Positions 26,532-32,000 of a DNA stretch of 32,000 bases are shown one piece after another. Origin of the DNA: Candidatus Baldrarchaeum yapensis (GTDB lineage Archaea; Asgardarchaeota; Baldrarchaeia; Baldrarchaeales; Baldrarchaeaceae); NCBI GenBank assembly GCA_016840465.1, contig JAEOSH010000013.1:14426-46425 (forward strand). The letters are read 5' to 3'. How positions within the stretch are numbered: the stretch's first letter is position 1; each line of letters opens with the position of its first letter. A program made the translations under genes and the position numbers. A model generated the notes under the pieces. It was not told the origin of the DNA. It worked only from the letters and a program-made list of their open reading frames with translations, and did not search any database.

Positions 26532-28355
26532 TTATAAGAACTCTATATATTCCTCAGCACTTCCTTCCTCAAGGAGGGAGAGAAGCCTATCGTTATACGC
26601 CCTTCTTATGTCTCCACGCGTTATTATGCCTATAAGCTTGTGAGTTATGGGATCCACGACCGGAAGCCTGCCTATTTCGTGTTTCATCATCTTATCAAAC
26701 GCATCAAGTAGCGTTTCGTCCGGATACGCCACTATGAGCTTCCGGCTCATCACATCCTTGACCTGAGTCTTCGGTCTCAGTTCAGCCGGAGTCCTGAGCA
26801 CGTCTGTCAGTGTTATTATTCCCACAAGGTTACCCGTCTTATCAAGCACCGGTATCCCCCTTATTCCTCTCTGCGACATTATCTCCGCGGCTCTGGAGAC
26901 CGGATCATCCGGCCTTATCGTTATAACATCGCCTGTCATCGCCTCCTTCACGAGTATTGTTTTAAGAAGAGGAATCTGGTACTCACCCCTGTGAGCGGGT
27001 GACTTATGCCTAGATCGCACCTGACTCCGGTAGATGGTGTTCCTCCCTGTAATGATGTATGCGATTATTGTGGCGATCATGGAGGGGGCCAACAGGGTAT
27101 AGGTTCCGGTCATCTCACTGACCATCAGGATCACGGCGATCGGGACCTTCCCGACCCCGCCGAAGAACGCCATCATCCCCACAATGACAAAGGGGGCAAC
27201 TCCCATCCCGAAATCGGGGAAAATCATCTTGCATATGAACCAGAGGAGAGCCCCGATAGATCCTCCTATTACCAGGGCGGGAGCAAATACTCCTCCACTT
27301 CCGCCGGATCCGACCGAGAACGCGGTTGCGAGTATTTTCGCGAACGGCAATATTATCAGTATTAACAACGGTATATATGTGAAATCCTCGTAGATCATCA
27401 TCTGCAACCATCCGTAGCCGGTTCCCAACACATGGGGGACAAACAGCGCAATTACGCCGACGACAAGACCGCCTATTGCTGGCCTTAGGTATCCTGGTAT
27501 GGAGAGCCTGCGAAACGTATCATGTACAAAGTAAAACGTGCGAATGTAAAGTATTCCGAAAAGTCCGCATAAAATTCCAAGCACAGCGAAGAGTGGAAGG
27601 GTTAAAGGATCATGGAATATGTACTCGTTAGAACACTCGAATATTGGAGACCAACCAGTGAACGACGCTACTATGCAGTAGGCTATTACCGATGCTATGA
27701 AGGCGGGTATGAGGGCCTCGACCTCGAAGTCCGCGAGGTAAAGTATTTCGGCGGCAAGTATCGCACCACCAAGCGGTGCCTTGAAAATAGATCCTATTCC
27801 AGCACCTATTCCCACTGCGACAGCGATTCTTCTGTCATGTGCGTTTAGTTTCAGTACCTTCCCAAGAAGCGCTCCTATTCCCGCACCGATTTGTGCAATG
27901 GGTCCCTCTCTTCCCGCACTTCCTCCCGATCCTATTGTCACCGCCGATGCTGTCAGTTTAACGAGGGGGACGCGTGCCCTTATGAATCCCTTCTTTATAT
28001 GGTAAGCCTCTATTGCTGCATCCGTTCCATGGCCCTCAGCCTCGGGTGCAAGAAACGACACCAAAAGACCACTTATGAGGCCACCAAGAGTTGTGACTAA
28101 AGGTATCAGGAAACGTCTTTCTTCCGAGAACACAACCTCGGTGCTTCCCTCTCCCGCGGGCGCGGGTGGTGAATGACCAGCTATAGTTCCTAGGAAGAAA
28201 TCGGTACATACGTCTAATGCCACATAGAAGATACAGGCACCTAAACCGCAAACCATCCCTATCAGGAAAGAAATGGGGAACCATTTTTCGAGATATGTAA
28301 GAGCCTTCGAGATCGAATATGAACTTGAGCTTCGTGTGGTCATCACCGAATACAC
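26532..28355 (-). CDS. CLC-family chloride channel/transporter with tandem C-terminal CBS domains (paralog A)
   Basis: GHGTD, GSAGREGP, GGSGGVFAP, KVPIA...EMTG motifs; two CBS repeats. Confidence 0.93.
   Translation of the reverse strand: MYSVMTTRSSSSYSISKALTYLEKWFPISFLIGMVCGLGACIFYVALDVCTDFFLGTIAGHSPPAPAGEGSTEVVFSEERRFLIPLVTTLGGLISGLLVSFLAPEAEGHGTDAAIEAYHIKKGFIRARVPLVKLTASAVTIGSGGSAGREGPIAQIGAGIGALLGKVLKLNAHDRRIAVAVGIGAGIGSIFKAPLGGAILAAEILYLADFEVEALIPAFIASVIAYCIVASFTGWSPIFECSNEYIFHDPLTLPLFAVLGILCGLFGILYIRTFYFVHDTFRRLSIPGYLRPAIGGLVVGVIALFVPHVLGTGYGWLQMMIYEDFTYIPLLILIILPFAKILATAFSVGSGGSGGVFAPALVIGGSIGALLWFICKMIFPDFGMGVAPFVIVGMMAFFGGVGKVPIAVILMVSEMTGTYTLLAPSMIATIIAYIITGRNTIYRSQVRSRHKSPAHRGEYQIPLLKTILVKEAMTGDVITIRPDDPVSRAAEIMSQRGIRGIPVLDKTGNLVGIITLTDVLRTPAELRPKTQVKDVMSRKLIVAYPDETLLDAFDKMMKHEIGRLPVVDPITHKLIGIITRGDIRRAYNDRLLSLLEEGSAEEYIEFL
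27070..27179. repeat. 110-bp tract, 100% identical (inverted) to 30427-30536
   Basis: Base-by-base comparison of the two CLC paralogs; flanks diverge at synonymous sites. Confidence 0.9.
27679..27780. repeat. 102-bp tract, 100% identical (inverted) to 29781-29882
   Basis: Base-by-base comparison of the two CLC paralogs. Confidence 0.9.
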
Positions 28356-29217
28356 CCTGCTTTATTGATATTTTTATATGTCATTTGCCGATACTCTCGC
28401 GTGCTCGGTGCGTAATTATCTTTTATCTGGGCGTTTTTTGAGGATGTATGATACCGTGGGGAATCCCCCGTTGGACGGGTTTTATGACAGTATTATTTGC
28501 GTTAATCCCCTGATACTGTTGTTAAACCATATTCAATTTTAATAACTGATTTTACATTCTTATTTACATTCTTACAAATTCTCTCATCAGATACTTTTAA
28601 ACTTTAGTTTAAAAGTACATTTTACGAAAAGTAATACGGCAAATATCCGTATAGGGCGGGCAGTGGCGTGAGATCCGATTACAACCAGTGAATTTGCAGC
28701 AGTTTTCCAAACAGTTAAATTTTCACATCCTACTGGCAGATGACGGAACCATAAGTATGATTTTTTGATGGTGATGATTTATTTTATCATCATCTTATTG
28801 TCGCCCTTAACAACGTGAGTAAGAAGTCCGAAGAAAAGTAGAGTACTCAGCAAATCATGTAATACTCTTGTTAACGTGGTTAACGTGCTGATATGGAATC
28901 CTGCTGAACACTTCTATCCGATTTCTAGTTATAAAACTCTAAGATGCTGAAAGAATTTTGATGACTTAAAATCGTTGTAATAAAGATTTTGATGACACAG
29001 ATAAACTTCTCACTTTCTGTAATAGTTATGCAGTTATCCGACGTCAATAAAAAATGGTAGTATCTCTTCAGAAAACCAAAATTTAAAAAACCTCTAAGGA
29101 AATGATCGTTTTGGACATGAAGTCCTTCAAAGCGGCATCTATGTTGCTTATTGCGGATACCACTGATCGTGCCATCGCATTAAAGACGCCTTAGATAACG
29201 GTAATGCAAAAGCGCGG

Positions 29218-31077
29218 GTGATACATGCAATGACGTACGAGAGACGTTCCGCTCCGGGAATATTAACGTATCTTGAAAAGTGGATTCCCATCTCCGTTCT
29301 AATAGGCATTTTCTGCGGATTCGGCGCAATAGTGCTTTATAAGTTTCTCGAGTTGTGTGTTCATTTCTTCCTTTGGGAGTTGGCCGGATACCATCCACCA
29401 GCACCCGCGGGGGAGGGCTCAACGAAAGTTATATTTTCAAATAAGGCTCTCCTGATACCGCTAGTGACAACGCTCGGAGGTCTTATCAGTGGGGTGATTG
29501 TTTACAAGCTTGCACCTGAAGCGGAGGGTGATGGTACAGAGGCTGCAATTAATGTTTTTCACAATAAGGGCGGATACGTGAGACCGCAGGTCCCCCTCGT
29601 GAAACTTGTGACATCGTCGATAACGATAGGTTCCGGAGGAAGTGCGGGAAGAGAGGGGCCCATCGCACAGATAGGAGCAGGTTGCGGATCACTGATCAGC
29701 AGACTTCTAAAATTGAATGCGCATGACAGGAGGATTGCCGTTGCAGCTGGTGTCGGCGCGGGAATGGGTGCAATATTCAGGGCACCGCTTGGTGGTGCGA
29801 TACTTGCCGCCGAAATACTTTACCTCGCGGACTTCGAGGTCGAGGCCCTCATACCCGCCTTCATAGCATCGGTAATAGCCTATAGCATTTTTGCGTCAAT
29901 CGTGGGGTGGTCTCCCATTTTCCTCTGCCCCGAGGAATCGATTTTTTTGGACCCGGTGATGCTTCTGCTTTCCGCGATTTTGGGGATCATGTGTGGGCTT
30001 TACGGAATCCTATATGCGAAGACCTTCTATTATGTTTCCGAGAAGTTCCACGAACTTCCCATTCCTAGGTATGCGAAGCCTGCATTAGGCGGGCTTCTGG
30101 TTGGTATAATGGGTATTTTCATGCCCCAGATACTCGGAACGGGGTATGGGTGGCTCCAGTTACTGATACTGGGTGATTTCTCCGACATTGGCGCTCCATA
30201 CATTTCGTCAAGTTCCCCACCTCCCATGTACATGCTAATACTGATATTGACAATACTACCTCTCGCGAAGATACTAGCGACCGCGTTGACCGTCGGGTCC
30301 GGGGGAAGTGGTGGAGTATTCGCTCCCGCCCTCGTAATAGGGGGATGTGTGGGAGCTCTTTTATGGGCCATCTGCAAGTGCCTATATCCCGATCTTAACA
30401 TAAGTTTGCCCGTTTTTGTGGTAATCGGGATGATGGCGTTCTTCGGCGGGGTCGGGAAGGTCCCGATCGCCGTGATCCTGATGGTCAGTGAGATGACCGG
30501 AACCTATACCCTGTTGGCCCCCTCCATGATCGCCACCGTGCTGGCATACGTGATCACTGGAAAAAACACAATATTCCCGAGTCAGGTCCGCTCTAGGGCG
30601 GACTCTCCAGCGCACAGGGGAGAGTTCTACATTCCGTTGCTGAGGACAATACTCGTAGAGGACGTGATGACGAGAGAGGTTATAACGATAGAGCCGGAGG
30701 CTTCCCTCTCAAAGGCCGCTGGGATCATGTCCCAGAAGGGGATCAAAGGGCTACCAGTTGTTGACAGAAATGAAAACCTTGTGGGTATTGTGACGCTAAT
30801 GGATGTTCTGAAAGTTCCAGCGGAAGTGCGGTCGGAGGTTCAGGTTAAGGAGGTTATGAGCCGGAGACTCATTGTAACGTATCCCAAGGAGACGTTGTTT
30901 GACGCGTTTGACAAGATGGTTAAGAACAACATCGGGAGACTGCCGGTTGTCGATCCGCAAACGAACAAGCTTGTCGGTATAATCACGCGCGGTGACATAA
31001 GAAGGGCGTACAGCGATAGACTATTCGAGATGCTATCCGAGTGGACAAGTACCGAATCGGTGGACTTCCTGTCTTGA
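29218..31077 (+). CDS. CLC-family chloride channel/transporter with tandem CBS domains (paralog B)
   Basis: GDGTE, GSAGREGP, GGSGGVFAP, two CBS repeats; divergent from paralog A across an ~860-bp AT-rich spacer. Confidence 0.93.
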   Translation: MIHAMTYERRSAPGILTYLEKWIPISVLIGIFCGFGAIVLYKFLELCVHFFLWELAGYHPPAPAGEGSTKVIFSNKALLIPLVTTLGGLISGVIVYKLAPEAEGDGTEAAINVFHNKGGYVRPQVPLVKLVTSSITIGSGGSAGREGPIAQIGAGCGSLISRLLKLNAHDRRIAVAAGVGAGMGAIFRAPLGGAILAAEILYLADFEVEALIPAFIASVIAYSIFASIVGWSPIFLCPEESIFLDPVMLLLSAILGIMCGLYGILYAKTFYYVSEKFHELPIPRYAKPALGGLLVGIMGIFMPQILGTGYGWLQLLILGDFSDIGAPYISSSSPPPMYMLILILTILPLAKILATALTVGSGGSGGVFAPALVIGGCVGALLWAICKCLYPDLNISLPVFVVIGMMAFFGGVGKVPIAVILMVSEMTGTYTLLAPSMIATVLAYVITGKNTIFPSQVRSRADSPAHRGEFYIPLLRTILVEDVMTREVITIEPEASLSKAAGIMSQKGIKGLPVVDRNENLVGIVTLMDVLKVPAEVRSEVQVKEVMSRRLIVTYPKETLFDAFDKMVKNNIGRLPVVDPQTNKLVGIITRGDIRRAYSDRLFEMLSEWTSTESVDFLS

Positions 31078-31430
31078 TCTAGTTGCGAGACATGACGCTG
31101 ACAAAACAAATTTCCCTCCTCAATCCCACCATTTTGATTGTGGGATCGAAGACTATTTGCGCCGGTAGATCCTGCTCTTAGATGAACACTTAAAGCATAA
31201 TCAGATTAGAACGGAGATTTCGTGAATATAAGGATGTATTGCTGTTGCAGGTGAGTAGTTTCACAAAATTCATTCTTTGAACGGTAGTTTTTCTTACTAT
31301 ATGAGAATACCATTATATACATTATTTAGAACTCGAGTTTGCGGATTGGTGAGGTTAGGTGCTACATTAGGTCGTGTTGGGTTGATCGGATGCTGTTGTG
31401 GTCAAAAATATATGTCTAAGGGGAGTAATA

Positions 31431-32000
31431 TTGTCAAGAAAAGTTTCGGGAGTGGGATGGTTGCCTGCATCCCGAAATACCCTCGCATCTTCGGTGATGT
31501 TACTTCTGACGTTATTCCTGATGGTACCAGCGCTTTCCTTTGCTCCGGCCAGTGCCAGTGTTGCTGGAATTACAGAAACAACTTATAACTACAGGGGGCC
31601 AGTGTACGAGTTCATTGATGTTATTGTGGGTAAGGGCAATTCCACAATCGTGAATGTTGCGTTCAGTGGCAACACGACTCTCCCCATAAATCTGAGCAGC
31701 ACGGCGTTTGAAAAGTGCCAATCGTTTCTGTTCGTCGTGACAAAGGGTTTCTATCCTCATAGGTACAGAAAGTTCTGGCCCAGGCCCCCTCTCCAAGCTC
31801 CCCCAGGTGGCCTCTTAAGGCTTGTATTTGTGGACGTGGAGGAGAACGAGTCAAAGCAGTTGGCCAGGGATATTGCGGATATGTTCAGAACCGCGTACGG
31901 TATCAGGCTTGTGCCGTTCTTCTACAGTTATGCGATGCAATCGAAGAGAGCCATTGTTGTGTTCTTGGCCCCTCCGAACAACGTGACGCCCGTGTTTGAC
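31431..32000 (+). CDS. Secreted/cell-surface glycoprotein, N-terminal part (runs off the window edge)
   Basis: Manual translation from TTG 31431 (GGGGAG SD): MSRKVSG...SVMLLLTLFLMVPALSFAPASA|SVAG..., a signal peptide ending ASA. N-glycosylation sequons NST, NTT, NLS, NES, NVT. Open to the end of the window. Confidence 0.8.
   Translation, partial: MSRKVSGVGWLPASRNTLASSVMLLLTLFLMVPALSFAPASASVAGITETTYNYRGPVYEFIDVIVGKGNSTIVNVAFSGNTTLPINLSSTAFEKCQSFLFVVTKGFYPHRYRKFWPRPPLQAPPGGLLRLVFVDVEENESKQLARDIADMFRTAYGIRLVPFFYSYAMQSKRAIVVFLAPPNNVTPVFD

Noticed and set aside
28356-29217. Fluoride riboswitch upstream of either CLC gene
   Set aside because: No GAUGG...CUGAUG crcB-motif arrangement on either strand, and the proteins lack CLC-F signatures
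182-31854. Numerous short ORFs in the track overlapping real genes on the opposite strand or in other frames (e.g. 4033-4698, 11609-12442, 14571-15143, 18876-19475, 22214-22474, 31277-31588)
   Set aside because: Shadow ORFs of well-supported CDSs, with no motifs and biased composition
1-32000. CRISPR arrays, tRNA or rRNA genes
   Set aside because: No regularly spaced repeats, cloverleaf T-loop signatures or rRNA-like sequence seen by eye; a tRNAscan-SE/Infernal run would be needed to exclude them formally

Overview
Archaeal chromosomal window (archaeal BRE/TATA promoters, proteasome beta subunit, geranylgeranyl reductase, archaeal ATPase; probably a TACK-type thermophile, lineage not determinable here). 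It holds about 30 CDSs/pseudogenes: a non-catalytic-looking proteasome beta subunit, two radical SAM enzymes plus the MiaB-like tRNA methylthiotransferase, a DUF5320-DtxR-DUF134...NifX-Mrp cluster with two copies of a palindromic operator, a TrmO with an unusual N-terminal two-TM extension, a LarA-family enzyme, a decayed glxBCD/mgsABC-like operon, a decayed vapBC, and two divergent CLC-CBS paralogs sharing two 100%-identical tracts. The most striking unexplained element is a 237/273-bp non-coding repeat present twice (10739-10975 and 22184-22456). It has no transposase. It carries its own archaeal promoter, subterminal inverted repeats and a downstream G·U-containing rod/hairpin structure on the + strand, and one copy sits inside an antitoxin gene. 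It looks like a non-autonomous mobile element encoding a structured RNA. No tRNA, rRNA or CRISPR array was seen. All family assignments come from motif recognition by eye, not database searches.
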